Position numbers and translations under genes: made by a program. A stretch of DNA of 64,000 nt, from assembly GCA_963782055.1 (NCBI GenBank), contig CAWAIF010000003.1, positions 3,616,001 through 3,680,000 of the forward strand, read 5' to 3'. The notes under the pieces were generated by a model. The model had not been told where the DNA came from. It searched no databases and was given only the letters and a program-made list of their open reading frames with translations. Source of the DNA: an uncultured delta proteobacterium (lineage in GTDB: Bacteria > Myxococcota_A > Polyangia > Polyangiales > Polyangiaceae). Below are positions 34,478 through 44,444 of the stretch, piece by piece (position 1 is the first letter of the stretch; each line of letters starts with the position of its first letter).

Positions 34478-36541
34478 TCACTGGCCTTCGCGCGGGCGAA
34501 TGAGCTGGAAGTAGCGCCGCACGTAGAAGCGGTAGCCCCCGGGGATCTCGTCCTTGTTCAGCGCTTCCTCGGCCACCGTGTGGTACTCGCGATAGACCTT
34601 GGTGTAACCCCGCGAGGCGAACCCGCGCTCCGCGGCGCCGAGGATCACCTGGCTGCGGCTCTGGCCTTGCCCGGTGTCCTGCCCGGCGACCTGCGTGTCC
34701 TGCGTGCCCATCTTGGGGTTGGTGGCCTGGCCCTGCACGTGGCCGTCGTGGCCGGTGCCCCAGCCGGGGCCGGGCTGACGCTGCCCGGCGCCCTGCCCGC
34801 CCTGCCCCTGCCCCTGGCCCTTGCTGAGCATCAGGATCTTCTGCCCGTTGGGGCCGATGATCCATGTCTGCCCCTGGCCCTGTCCGCCCTTGCCCTGCCC
34901 CTGCCCCTGCCCCTGACCCTGACCCTGCTGGCCCTGGCCTTGCTGGCCCTGGCCTTGCTGGCCCTGGCCCTGACCCTGGTTGCCTGCTTGCTGGCCACCC
35001 TGCCCCTGCTGGCCCTGGCCCTGCTGCCCTTGCCCCTGCTGGCCCTGCCCCTGCTGGCCCTGGCCCTGCTGGCCCTGCCCCTGGCCCTGCCCCTGCGCGT
35101 GCATCTGGAAGCGGCGCAGGCGCACCATCTGCTTCTGGCCCCCCTGGCCTTGCTGGCGCAGCATCTCGCGCAGCTCCTGGAGCTTCTGCCGCAGCTGCTC
35201 CTTCTCCTGCTGCGTCATCTCCTGGCGGGCCATGCGGTTGATGTCCTCCGCGCCCTGATCCAGGTCCTGCGCGGAGACCCCGAGATCCTTCATCAGGTCC
35301 TCGGCGGCCTGCGCGAGGTCCTGGTCCAGCCTGTCCAGCTGCCGCTGCGCGCTCTGCGCCTGCTGCGTCTCCTGGTTCAGCCGGTCCAGCTCGCGCTCCT
35401 TCTTCTGCAGCAAGTCCTTCTCCGCCTGATCCTGCGGGCCGGCGTCGCGCTGGAGCTGCTGCTTCTTCTTCAGGAGGTCCACCTCCTTCTGCAGGGCGTC
35501 GCGGCGCTTCTCCAGGTCCTGCTTGCGCTGGTCGGCGCCCTGCGAGGCGGCCTTCAGCGCGGCGCGCATCTTCTCGAGCTGCGACTTGTCCACCTTGTGC
35601 TCACGGACCTTCTTGGCCAGATCGCGGACCTGCTGCTCGGCGAGCGTGAGGTTCTTCTGGTCCAGCGCGTCGCCCGCGGGCTTGGTGAGATCGCTCTTCT
35701 TCAGCTCGTCGGCCATCTTGGAGAGCTCTTGCTCGAGCGCCTTGTGGTCGGCGGGGCTGCCGGTGAGCAGCTTGTCCTCCAGCGCCTGCATCCGGCGGAA
35801 GGCCTCGGTGCGGTCCAGGCGCTTGGCGGCGAGGTCCTCGATGAGCTGGTTGAACTCGCGCGTGGCCTCCTTGGCCTCGTCGCTCTGATCGTTCTGCTCT
35901 TGCTGGTGGAGGAAGTCGCGCAGGGCGTCCAGATCGTCGGCGGTGACGTCCACAGGGTCGATCGTCTTCTGCGAGATGGCGGGCCGGTGCTCGCGCACCT
36001 CGAAGAGGGAGAGCAGGATGAGGACGCCGGCGAGGGCGCCGACGACGTACGTCTCGCCCGGGACGCGGATGGGCACCGCCCGCTGCGGCTGCACCTGGTT
36101 CACCACCGCGAGGGCGTCGTCGATGGCGGCGTCCATGAAGGGCGTCCGCTCCTCCCCGGTGAGCTTGGCGAAGGAGAGGGCGCTGGCGAGGCGGTCGGAC
36201 AGGCCGTGGTGGCGGTCCAGGACGATCGCCCCGGCCCGCAGCGGCAAGGGCCGCAGGTACGCCACCAGCGCGACGGCGACGGCCAGGGCGCCCTGCACGA
36301 TCAGCGCGACGCGGGCGGGGTGATCCTCCACCACGCCCGTCTTGCGCAGGACCAGGGTGATCACGGCGCCCACCAGGGCGACCGCGAGCGCCACCATCCC
36401 CCAGCGGAAGGCGCGGACGAACCGCAGCCGGCGCTCGGCCCGACGCGCCAGCCGCTCGATGCGGCTCACGTCGGTGGAGGCCCCCGCGCGCGGCGTCGAG
36501 GCGCGCTCGGTGGGCTCCTGGGGGGTGGTCGGCTCGGTCAT
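34478..36541 (-). CDS. Membrane-anchored coiled-coil protein with Gln/Gly low-complexity tract
   Basis: Three TMs, long heptad region, QG repeats, C-terminal EIPGGYRFYVRRYF. Confidence 0.82.
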   Translation of the reverse strand: MTEPTTPQEPTERASTPRAGASTDVSRIERLARRAERRLRFVRAFRWGMVALAVALVGAVITLVLRKTGVVEDHPARVALIVQGALAVAVALVAYLRPLPLRAGAIVLDRHHGLSDRLASALSFAKLTGEERTPFMDAAIDDALAVVNQVQPQRAVPIRVPGETYVVGALAGVLILLSLFEVREHRPAISQKTIDPVDVTADDLDALRDFLHQQEQNDQSDEAKEATREFNQLIEDLAAKRLDRTEAFRRMQALEDKLLTGSPADHKALEQELSKMADELKKSDLTKPAGDALDQKNLTLAEQQVRDLAKKVREHKVDKSQLEKMRAALKAASQGADQRKQDLEKRRDALQKEVDLLKKKQQLQRDAGPQDQAEKDLLQKKERELDRLNQETQQAQSAQRQLDRLDQDLAQAAEDLMKDLGVSAQDLDQGAEDINRMARQEMTQQEKEQLRQKLQELREMLRQQGQGGQKQMVRLRRFQMHAQGQGQGQGQQGQGQQGQGQQGQGQQGQGQQGQGGQQAGNQGQGQGQQGQGQQGQGQQGQGQGQGQGQGKGGQGQGQTWIIGPNGQKILMLSKGQGQGQGGQGAGQRQPGPGWGTGHDGHVQGQATNPKMGTQDTQVAGQDTGQGQSRSQVILGAAERGFASRGYTKVYREYHTVAEEALNKDEIPGGYRFYVRRYFQLIRPREGQ
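34868..35095 (-). repeat. Coding tandem repeats (QQGQG, 15 bp; QG, 6 bp)
   Basis: About 75 residues almost entirely Gln/Gly; degenerate CAGCAGGGCCAGGGC units. Confidence 0.9.
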
Positions 36542-36767
36542 GAAAACCTCTCTTCACACGTTGAGACGTACGACCCGACCACAAGTTCCCTGCTTGGACG
36601 CCACGAAGAGGAGCGCATGCCTGGAGGAAGTCTAGACTCGGGATCGCCCTCGCGAAAGCTTACGCGCGCAACAAACCCGGTATTCCCCTCGAGATGGCCC
36701 GCCGCGGGCTTCACGGTCGAGTCGAGAGCCTCCGGCTCAGGCTCGAATTGGGCTACCCTCCGCGGCG

Positions 36768-37400
36768 GTGCCGCTCCCTTCACCGCTGGCCATCACCCTC
36801 GAGCTCGTGGGGGACGAGCGCGACGCCCCGGCGGGCTTCCTGCGGCTGCGGCGCCTGCGGCTCGTCGCCCGCTACCCCGACGGCTCGACGAGCGAGCCCT
36901 TTCTTTACGATGTGGTGGAGCGGCCCGCCCTCGACGCGGTGGTCATCGCCGCGCATTTCCGGCGCGACGGCGAGACGTGGGTCTTTCTGCGGTCGGCGGT
37001 GCGGCCACCGCTGTGGGCCCGCGACATCGAGCCGCGGACGGGCGGAGAGATGTGGGAGCTGCCTGCCGGGCTGGTGGAGCCCGGGGAAGAATGGAGGGCG
37101 GCCGGCGCACGTGAGCTCGAGGAGGAGATCGGCGTGCGCGTGCCGCCCGAGAGTCTTACGCCGCTCGGGCCCTTCGGGTTTCCCGCGCCGGGGATGATTG
37201 GTGAGATTCACGCCTACTTCCGGGTCGAGGTGGACCCGGCCTCCGTCTCGACGCCCCAGGGGGACTCCAGCCCGCTGGAGCGTAACGGCCAGGTGGCGGT
37301 CCTTCCGGTCGGGGAGGTGCTGGCGCTGTGCGCGCGCGGCGAGATCCGGGACACCAAGACCGAGCTCGCCCTGCGGCGGCTGGTGGAGGCGGTCGGATGA
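36768..37400 (+). CDS. NUDIX hydrolase (ADP-ribose pyrophosphatase-like)
   Basis: ELPAGLVEPGE...AGARELEEEIG Nudix box. Confidence 0.9.
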   Translation: MPLPSPLAITLELVGDERDAPAGFLRLRRLRLVARYPDGSTSEPFLYDVVERPALDAVVIAAHFRRDGETWVFLRSAVRPPLWARDIEPRTGGEMWELPAGLVEPGEEWRAAGARELEEEIGVRVPPESLTPLGPFGFPAPGMIGEIHAYFRVEVDPASVSTPQGDSSPLERNGQVAVLPVGEVLALCARGEIRDTKTELALRRLVEAVG

Positions 37401-38311
37401 AGGCCCCCCGCGTGGTGGTCATCGTCAAGCGCTCGACCTACGTGAGCGCGCGCTCCGACGGGCGCGTGCGCGAGCTGCTCGCCAACGGGCACCCCACCGT
37501 GGCGCGGATCAAGCGCGCCCACGAGGATCACCGGCGCACGGTGGAGGAGGTGCGCGTGGCGCTGGACGCCCTCGGCGTGCGCGCGACCTTCGTCGAACCG
37601 TCGCGCAAGTCGGTCGCGCGGCCGCCGTGGCGCGGACGCCCGGACCTGGTCGTGACCGTCGGCGGCGACGGCACGCTGCTCGCCGCGTCGCACTGGGTCG
37701 GATCGCAGACGCCGGTCCTGGGCATCAACAGCGCACCGCACGACTCGGTCGGATTCTTCTGCGGCGCCCGCGGGGGACGGGCGCGCAGGGCGCTCGCCGC
37801 CGCGCTCGCCGGGGAGCTGCCGCGCATCGCCCTCACGCGCATGCGCGTGGAGAAGAACGGCGAGGTCCTCCACGACCGCGTGCTCAACGAGGTGCTCATC
37901 TGCCACACCTCCCCGGCGGCCACGTCGCGCTACATCCTGCGGCTGGACGACGGCCGCGGCCGGCAGGTGGAGGAGGAGCAGAAGTCGAGCGGGCTCTGGG
38001 TCGGGCCCGCCGCCGGGTCCACCGCCGCGCAGCGGAGCGCGGGGGGGCGCGTGCTGCCGCTCACCGCGCGCAGCCTGCAGTACGTCGTGCGCGAGGCGTA
38101 CACGCCCTGGGGGCGGCGGCTGCGGCTGCGGCGCGGCCTCGTCTCGCCCGACGGATGGCTCGAGGTCCTGAGCAAGATGCGGGCGGCGCGCGTCTTCGCC
38201 GACGGCGTGCACATCGTCTTCGACTGCGCCCTGGGCGACGCCATCACCCTGCGCCGCTCCCCCGAGCCGCTGACGGTGCTGGGGCTGAGCAAGCGGCGAG
38301 GTCGCGCGTAG
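37397..38311 (+). CDS. NAD(+) kinase
   Basis: VGGDGTLL, GINS, LNE, AGSTAAQRSAGG; ATGA overlap with the Nudix gene. Confidence 0.9.
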   Translation: MKAPRVVVIVKRSTYVSARSDGRVRELLANGHPTVARIKRAHEDHRRTVEEVRVALDALGVRATFVEPSRKSVARPPWRGRPDLVVTVGGDGTLLAASHWVGSQTPVLGINSAPHDSVGFFCGARGGRARRALAAALAGELPRIALTRMRVEKNGEVLHDRVLNEVLICHTSPAATSRYILRLDDGRGRQVEEEQKSSGLWVGPAAGSTAAQRSAGGRVLPLTARSLQYVVREAYTPWGRRLRLRRGLVSPDGWLEVLSKMRAARVFADGVHIVFDCALGDAITLRRSPEPLTVLGLSKRRGRA

Positions 38312-38396
38312 CCCGGCGTCTCCACTGCATTTCACGGCGGGCCTTGTTTGCCGGGGCCGTGGCCGACCTGTATTCTCTGCGGTGGGAGAGTCTTTC

Positions 38397-39044
38397 ATGC
38401 GCTTGCTGCTCTGGATGGGGTGCCTCTCGTTGCTCGCATCCGGCTGCGCCAACGGCATCGCCCAGAACGACGACTCGTCGCTCGACGGCGGCGGAGTCGA
38501 CGGCACACCGTCGGGCGACTCCGGCAACTGCCCGACCGGCCGGAGCGGTCCCGGATGCACGGAGTGTGCGGGCGGCTTCCACGCCTGCGGGCCCAACTGC
38601 CAGCAGGACCACGCCAACACGCCCGACGCCGGCTGCACCAAGAGCTGCGGGCAGCCGTGCGACACGCCGGCCAACGCCACCGCCAAGTGCACGAGCGACG
38701 GCCTCTGCGACTTCACCTGCAACGCGTCCTACGACCAGAGCGACGCCGGCTGCGACTGTCCGCAGGGCACCATCGACTGCGGCGGCACCTGCCAGCAGTG
38801 CTGCACCGACACCGACTGCCCCTCCAACATGCTCTGCCAGGGCGGCTCGTGCGCCGGCTGCCAGCCCGGCTACGGCGACTGCAACAACGACCCGAACGAC
38901 GGCTGCGAGGTCCACCTCAACAGCACGAGCAACTGCGGGAGCTGCGGGCACAGCTGCTGCGGGTCCATCTGCGGCTGCGGATTCCTGGGCCTCGGAGGCG
39001 AGAGTTGCAACGCCAACGGCAACAGCTTCAAGTGCGGGTGCTAG
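38397..39044 (+). CDS. Cys-rich (disulfide-type) myxobacterial lipoprotein
   Basis: Lipobox LASGC; many Cys; DCNNDPNDGCE and NCGSCGHSC modules; no CxxCH. Confidence 0.8.
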   Translation: MRLLLWMGCLSLLASGCANGIAQNDDSSLDGGGVDGTPSGDSGNCPTGRSGPGCTECAGGFHACGPNCQQDHANTPDAGCTKSCGQPCDTPANATAKCTSDGLCDFTCNASYDQSDAGCDCPQGTIDCGGTCQQCCTDTDCPSNMLCQGGSCAGCQPGYGDCNNDPNDGCEVHLNSTSNCGSCGHSCCGSICGCGFLGLGGESCNANGNSFKCGC

Positions 39045-39090
39045 CAATCCGGTGGCAAAAGGCCCCGTTTCGCACTAAGCCAAGGCCTAC

Positions 39091-40143
39091 ATGGGCTTCG
39101 AGCTTATTGGGACGGGCCACTACGCGCCGGGCCACCCGGTGACCAACGACGACCTCGCCCGCGTGATGCACACCTCGGACGAGTGGATCGCGAAGCGCTC
39201 CGGCATCCGCCAGCGCCACTACGCGCCGGACGGCATCGGCGCGAGCGACCTCGCCTTCGAGGCGTCCAAGCGGGCGATCGAGGCCGCCGGCATCTCGCCG
39301 AAGGAGATCGACTACATCGTCTTCGCGACGATGACGCCGGACCACATCTTCCCCGGTCCGGGGGCGCTGCTGAGCGCCAAGCTCGGCCTGAACGACATCC
39401 CCGCCCTGGACATCCGCCAGCAGTGCGCGGCGATGATCTTCGGCCTGCAGCTGATGGACGGCCTCTTCCGCACCAAGGCGGCGCGCACCATCCTCTTCGT
39501 CGGGGCCGAGGCGCACGCCGGCTTCATGCCGTGGGAGGACTGGAGCCTGCTCGAGCCGGGCGTCACCCGGGAGGCGAGCGAGGAGGAGAAGGCGCGCGCC
39601 GACGAGCACCGTGCCCTCGCCGTGCTCTTCGGCGACGGCGCCGGCGCGATGATCTTCCGCGCGACCGACCGCGACGCCGGGCTCAAGGGCGTGAAGGTGC
39701 ACACCGACGGCAAGGGCGGCCAGCTGCTCTACGTCAAGGGCGGCGGCTTCGTCACCCGGCCGTACTGGAAGCACGAGATGCTCGCCAACCGCGACTACAT
39801 CCCGCGGATGGATGGCAAGGAGGTCTTCAAGTACGCGGTCACCAAGCTACCGGCGACGGCGCGCGCGCTGTGCCGCGAGACCAACACCTCCATCGAGCAG
39901 ATCGACTGGTTCCTCGCCCACCAGGCCAACCGGCGCATCAACGAGTACATCCGCGAGCAGCTCAAGGTGCCCGAGGAGAAGATGCCGATGAACATCGATC
40001 GCTACGGCAACACCAGCGCAGCGACGATCCCCATCCTGGTCGACGAGCTCACCCGCGCGGGCCACCTCAAGAAGGGCGAGCTGAACATGATGCTCGCGCT
40101 CGGCGCGGGGATTCACTGGGGCTGCGCCCTCGTGAAGTGGTGA
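39091..40143 (+). CDS. fabH: 3-oxoacyl-ACP synthase III (FabH-like)
   Basis: TSDEWI..RSGI, QQC catalytic Cys, LFGDGAGA, HQAN, GNTSAA. Confidence 0.9.
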   Translation: MGFELIGTGHYAPGHPVTNDDLARVMHTSDEWIAKRSGIRQRHYAPDGIGASDLAFEASKRAIEAAGISPKEIDYIVFATMTPDHIFPGPGALLSAKLGLNDIPALDIRQQCAAMIFGLQLMDGLFRTKAARTILFVGAEAHAGFMPWEDWSLLEPGVTREASEEEKARADEHRALAVLFGDGAGAMIFRATDRDAGLKGVKVHTDGKGGQLLYVKGGGFVTRPYWKHEMLANRDYIPRMDGKEVFKYAVTKLPATARALCRETNTSIEQIDWFLAHQANRRINEYIREQLKVPEEKMPMNIDRYGNTSAATIPILVDELTRAGHLKKGELNMMLALGAGIHWGCALVKW

Positions 40144-40156
40144 TATCCTTCCGGGG

Positions 40157-40780
40157 ATGAGGCGCACGCACACCGGCCTGGCCCTCGCCGTGGCCCTCGG
40201 CCTGGGCGGCCTCGCGGCGAGCGACGCGCGGGCGTCCATCTCGCGCGCGGTGGTGATGGACGCGCTCGTGGAGGAGAGCAGCTCCGTCGACGTGGTGACG
40301 CCGACCGAGTCGCACAGCGTGTGGGAGAGCGGCCGCATCGTCACCTACACCCAGGTGCACGTCGACGTTCCGGTCGCCGGCTCCCTCGCCGCCGGCGCCG
40401 ACCCGTGGGTTCGCACCCTGGGCGGCGTGGTCGGTGACGTGGGCCAGCTCGTCGACGGCGAGCCAGTGCTGATCGCCCACCAGCGGTCCTTGCTCTTCTT
40501 GCAGCCGGGGCCGACGCCCGACACCTTCCTCGTCACCGCGCGCGGCCAGGGGCAGTACCCGCTGCTGACCGACCCGGCGACGCACGCGGTCCGCGTGGTG
40601 CGCAACTCGGCCGCCGCCGCCGCGCTGCCGCCCCGCCGCGCGGCGCTGGCGCGCGCGACCGCACGGGCCCCCTCCGTTCCCGAGGCCGCGATGCCCGCCG
40701 CCGCCGTGCTGCACGGCAAGCCGCTCGACGCGGCGGAGCGCGCGGTGCGCGACTCCTGGGCGAGGACGCATGCGCGCTAG
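40157..40780 (+). CDS. Secreted protein upstream of matrixin (possible pro-domain partner)
   Basis: Signal peptide (ARA|S); GRIVTYT, TLGGVVGDVG, LLFL beta-rich domain; overlaps next gene. Confidence 0.65.
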   Translation: MRRTHTGLALAVALGLGGLAASDARASISRAVVMDALVEESSSVDVVTPTESHSVWESGRIVTYTQVHVDVPVAGSLAAGADPWVRTLGGVVGDVGQLVDGEPVLIAHQRSLLFLQPGPTPDTFLVTARGQGQYPLLTDPATHAVRVVRNSAAAAALPPRRAALARATARAPSVPEAAMPAAAVLHGKPLDAAERAVRDSWARTHAR

Positions 40781-41702
40781 GGCGCTCGCCGCCGCCGCCT
40801 TCGCGGGGGCACTGGCGTCGGCCGCTGCCGCGGACGCCCACGCCTTCTGCCGCACCACCACCAAGGCCATCGATCCCACCTTCGTCCCGACACCGGACGA
40901 GCCCTGCTGGACGGAGGGGCTGCCGCTGTACTGGGCCAACGCGTGCATCGGCTACAGCATCCAGCAGGACGCCAGCAAGCAGATCTCCTTCAACGACGTC
41001 CAGGCGGCGATGGACACCGCCTTCGCCCGGTGGACCAACGCGGCGTGCCCCTCCGGCGGCGCCGCGCCGAAGCCCAGCATCGAGGTGCGCTACCTCGGGC
41101 CGGTGGCGTGCCACACCGTCCAGTACAACCAGCAGAGCGGCAACGCGAACATCGTCATGTTCGACGACTCCAGCTGGCCGCACCCCAACGCGATCGACAC
41201 CCTCGGTCTGACGACGGTGACCTACAACCCCAACACCGGCGAGCTCTACGACGCCGACATGGAGGTCAACACCGCCGAGCAGCAGCTCACCGTCACGCAG
41301 GACACCACCATCCCGAGCGACGGCTTCGATTTCGCGAGCATCGTCACCCACGAGGCGGGGCACTTCCTCGGCCTCGCGCACTCGCAGGATCCCAAGGCGA
41401 CGATGTTTGCACACTACACGCAAGGCACCACCTCCCTGCGCAACCTCTCCATGGACGACGTGCAGGGCATCTGCGCGGCGTACCCGCCGGACGGCACCCG
41501 CAACACCGCCGACGGCGGGCTGCCCGCGGGCGCGTGCGATCCCACGCCGCGGCACGGCTACTCCGGGGACTGCGGCAGCGGCTCGGGCGGGGGCGGCGGC
41601 GGCTGCGCCGCGGGCGGGGGCGGCGCGGCGGGCGACGCCCTCGCGGCCGCCCTCCTCGCCGGCCTGGGTCTCGTGCTGGCGCGCCGCAAGTCGCGCGCAT
41701 GA
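40770..41702 (+). CDS. Matrixin-family zinc metalloprotease with MYXO-CTERM sorting signal
   Basis: HEAGHFLGLAH, Met-turn ATM, C-terminal GGGC...hydrophobic...RRK. Confidence 0.92.
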   Translation: MRARALAAAAFAGALASAAAADAHAFCRTTTKAIDPTFVPTPDEPCWTEGLPLYWANACIGYSIQQDASKQISFNDVQAAMDTAFARWTNAACPSGGAAPKPSIEVRYLGPVACHTVQYNQQSGNANIVMFDDSSWPHPNAIDTLGLTTVTYNPNTGELYDADMEVNTAEQQLTVTQDTTIPSDGFDFASIVTHEAGHFLGLAHSQDPKATMFAHYTQGTTSLRNLSMDDVQGICAAYPPDGTRNTADGGLPAGACDPTPRHGYSGDCGSGSGGGGGGCAAGGGGAAGDALAAALLAGLGLVLARRKSRA

Positions 41703-42808
41703 GCGAGCCCGTGCTCGTCGTCGCCGGCGAGCCCTCCGGGGACCGGGCGGCGGCGGGGGTGGTCTCCGCGCTGGGGGCGGTCGGCGCCGACTGCTTCGGC
41801 ATGGGGGGCGACGCGAGCGCGGACGCGGGGTCGGACCTCGTCGCGGCCCTGCAGCCGGCGATGGGCGCCTTCGCCGTCGCGCGGCGCGCGGGCGCGCTGG
41901 CGCGGGCCTTCACGCGGCTGACGCGAGAGGCGCGCGCACGGCGGCCCCGCGCGGCGGTCCTGGTCGACTACACCGAGTTCAACCTGCGCCTCGCGCCGCG
42001 GCTGCGCGCCGCAGGGACGCGCGTGCTCTGGTACGTGGCGCCGCAGGTCTGGGCGTGGCGCCCGGGGCGCGCGCGGGCGGTCGCGCGGGCGGTGGACCGT
42101 CTGGCGGTGATCCTGCCGTTCGAGGAGGACCTCTGGCGGCGCGCGGGGGCGGACGCGCGCTACGTCGGCCACCCGGCGATGGAGGTCCCGCTGACCCCGC
42201 GCGCCGAGGCGCGGCGCGCGCTGGGGCTGGACGCGTCGGCGGCGGCCGTGGCCCTGCTGCCGGGCAGCCGCGCGCACGAGGTGACGCGGCTGCACCGGCC
42301 GATGCTCCAGGCCGCGACGCGAGCCGGCGTCCGGGCGGTGCTCCTGCTGGCGTCGGGGCTGCCGCGGGCCGTGGCGCAGGACGCGCGCGAAGCCGCGGCG
42401 CGCGCGGGCGTCCCGGTGCGCGAGGTGGACCCGGCGCGGGGGGCCCTGCCCTGGCTTCCCGCCTTCGACGCCGCGCTGTGCGCCTCCGGCACCGCGTCGC
42501 TCGAGGCGGCGCTGGCCGGCGCGCCCCCGGTCGTCACCTACCGCACCGACGCCCTCACCGCACGGGTCGTGGGGGCGCTGCTGCGCACGCCGCACGTCGG
42601 CCTGCCCAACGTCGTGCTGGGTCGCCGCGCCTTCCCCGAGCTGCTGCAGGAGGAGGCGTCGCCCGGGCCCATGGCGGAGGCGCTCGGCGAGACGCTCGGC
42701 CCCGCGCGCGCCGCCCGCGCGGCGGCCTGCGCCGAGGTCGTGAGCCGCTTCGCGGGGGCGCGGACGCCCTCCCGGAGCGTGGCCGGGCTGGTGACGGAAT
42801 GGTTGTAG
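41699..42808 (+). CDS. lpxB: Lipid-A-disaccharide synthase
   Basis: VAGEPSGD, DYTEFN, YVAPQVWAWR, ILPFE, YVGHP, LLPGSR, SGTASLE, LPN. Confidence 0.95.
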   Translation: MSEPVLVVAGEPSGDRAAAGVVSALGAVGADCFGMGGDASADAGSDLVAALQPAMGAFAVARRAGALARAFTRLTREARARRPRAAVLVDYTEFNLRLAPRLRAAGTRVLWYVAPQVWAWRPGRARAVARAVDRLAVILPFEEDLWRRAGADARYVGHPAMEVPLTPRAEARRALGLDASAAAVALLPGSRAHEVTRLHRPMLQAATRAGVRAVLLLASGLPRAVAQDAREAAARAGVPVREVDPARGALPWLPAFDAALCASGTASLEAALAGAPPVVTYRTDALTARVVGALLRTPHVGLPNVVLGRRAFPELLQEEASPGPMAEALGETLGPARAARAAACAEVVSRFAGARTPSRSVAGLVTEWL

Positions 42809-42856
42809 TCTGCACACGCACTGGCCGCCCCCGCCCGCGCGTGCGATGAACGCGCC

Positions 42857-44389
42857 GTGACGCCGAAGGACAAGCGCGCGATGGAGCCCGCCGCCGCCGG
42901 GCTGATGGCCCTCTCGGCGTTGCTGCTGGTGATCCGCTGGTACGCCGCCAAGACCGTCGGCTTCGGCGACAGCGAGGCCCTCTACGCCGCCTACGCGCTG
43001 CACCCGCAGCCGGCCTACCTGGACCACCCGGGGCTCATCGGCGTCTTCGCGCGCGCGGTGGGCGGCGGGACGGCCCCCATGCCGGCGGGAGCGCACGCGG
43101 TCACGGCGGTGATGGCGACGATGGTCCCGTGGATCGCCTCCATCGTGGCGCGCAGCATGGGGGCGACCCGGCGCGCCGCCATGATCGCGGCGATCGCGCT
43201 GGCGGTCACCCCGGAGATCGCCGTCGGCCTCTTCGCCATGACGCCGGACCTGCTGCTCTGCTTCCTCTGGTTCGGCGCGCTGGGGACCGCCGCGGTGGCG
43301 CTGGAGGCGGAGCCGAAGAGCTCGCGTGCCGCGGTGGCGTTCCTGGGCGCGGGCCTCCTCTGCGGCGCCGCGGCGAGCGCGAAGGTGACGGGCCTGTTGC
43401 TGCTGGCCGGCCTGGTGGTGACGGTCCTGGTCGCCGGGCGCCGCCACGCCCGCACCATCTGGCCGTGGCTCGGCGTGGCGGCGGGCGCGCTGGTCTTCTG
43501 GCCGGTGGTGCAGTTCGAGGCGGCGCGCGGCTGGCCCATGCTCCATCACCGTCTCGTCGACACGCAGCACGGCGCGGGGCTGTCGCTGCGCAACCTGGGC
43601 GCGGTCTTGGGAGGCCAGCTCGTCTACGTCTCGCCGCTCCTGCTGGTGCTCGTGGTCTGGCTGGCGCGAGACCTCTACCGCGCCCGCAAGCGCGACGCGA
43701 CGAGCGCCCTGCTCTTCTGGTCCTTCGCCGTCCCGATCGCCGGGCTGCTGCCGCTCTGCCTGTGGAGCCGCGTCGCCGAGCCGCACTGGCTGGCGCCGCC
43801 CCTGCTGGCGCTGCCGCTGCACGCCGCGCGCACCGGTGTCCCCGTCGTGCAGGGCGGCGAGGTCCGCCCCCGCTGGCGCAAGCTCACCGTCGGCGCCGGC
43901 GCGCTGGGCCTGGCGCTCACCCTGGGCGTCTACGCGTGGGTGCTGTCCCCTTCCCTGCTCACGCTCGCCCCGCGCTCCTACGACGCCAAGGTGGACATCG
44001 CCAACGAGCTCTACGGCTGGAAGGACGCCGCGCGCGCCGCGCAGGAGATGGACGAGGAGGTCACGCTGGAGGACCCGCAGGAGACGGTGTGGGTCGTCGG
44101 CCCCAACTGGATGATCTGCGCGCAGCTCGCCGTCGTGCTTCCACGGGCCAGGGTCGGCTGCGCGTCGGAGACGCCGACCGACTTCGACGACTGGGCGCCG
44201 CGCGCCGTCTGGGAGAAGGCGGACAAGATCGTCTTCGTGACCGACAACCGCTTCCCGGTGGAGGCGGCGGCGCGGGTGCCCCACTTTCACCCGGGCCGCC
44301 TGCAGCGTCTGAGCATCTTCCGGGGCGGCCGCATCGTCCGCACCTTCGAGCTGACCCTGCTGGAGCGGCGGGCCCGGGCGTCGCGCTGA
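42857..44389 (+). CDS. GT-C fold membrane glycosyltransferase (ArnT/PMT-like)
   Basis: DSEALY, YLDHPG, TPD motifs; about 11-12 TMs; C-terminal soluble domain. Confidence 0.82.
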   Translation: MTPKDKRAMEPAAAGLMALSALLLVIRWYAAKTVGFGDSEALYAAYALHPQPAYLDHPGLIGVFARAVGGGTAPMPAGAHAVTAVMATMVPWIASIVARSMGATRRAAMIAAIALAVTPEIAVGLFAMTPDLLLCFLWFGALGTAAVALEAEPKSSRAAVAFLGAGLLCGAAASAKVTGLLLLAGLVVTVLVAGRRHARTIWPWLGVAAGALVFWPVVQFEAARGWPMLHHRLVDTQHGAGLSLRNLGAVLGGQLVYVSPLLLVLVVWLARDLYRARKRDATSALLFWSFAVPIAGLLPLCLWSRVAEPHWLAPPLLALPLHAARTGVPVVQGGEVRPRWRKLTVGAGALGLALTLGVYAWVLSPSLLTLAPRSYDAKVDIANELYGWKDAARAAQEMDEEVTLEDPQETVWVVGPNWMICAQLAVVLPRARVGCASETPTDFDDWAPRAVWEKADKIVFVTDNRFPVEAAARVPHFHPGRLQRLSIFRGGRIVRTFELTLLERRARASR

Positions 44390-44444
44390 GGGCCATGCGC
44401 GCCCGGTTTCGGGGCGCCGCGGCCTCGTGGTAGCTTCCCCCGCC

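Noticed and set aside
34864..35258. CRISPR array, or a Cys/Trp/Pro-rich peptide on the plus strand
   Set aside because: No unique spacers; it is the coding Q/G repeat and its antisense translation.
36542..36767. ncRNA in the divergent region upstream of the MoxR operon
   Set aside because: Explained adequately as promoter DNA (a TAGACT -10-like hexamer); no convincing RNA fold seen.
38397..39044. Further cytochromes among the Cys-rich lipoproteins (also 62968..63456)
   Set aside because: No CxxCH motifs; patterns fit disulfide-rich modules.
39091..40143. The missing HMG-CoA synthase
   Set aside because: Has the FabH Cys-His-Asn motifs (QQC, HQAN, GNTS), not the HMG-CoA synthase signature.
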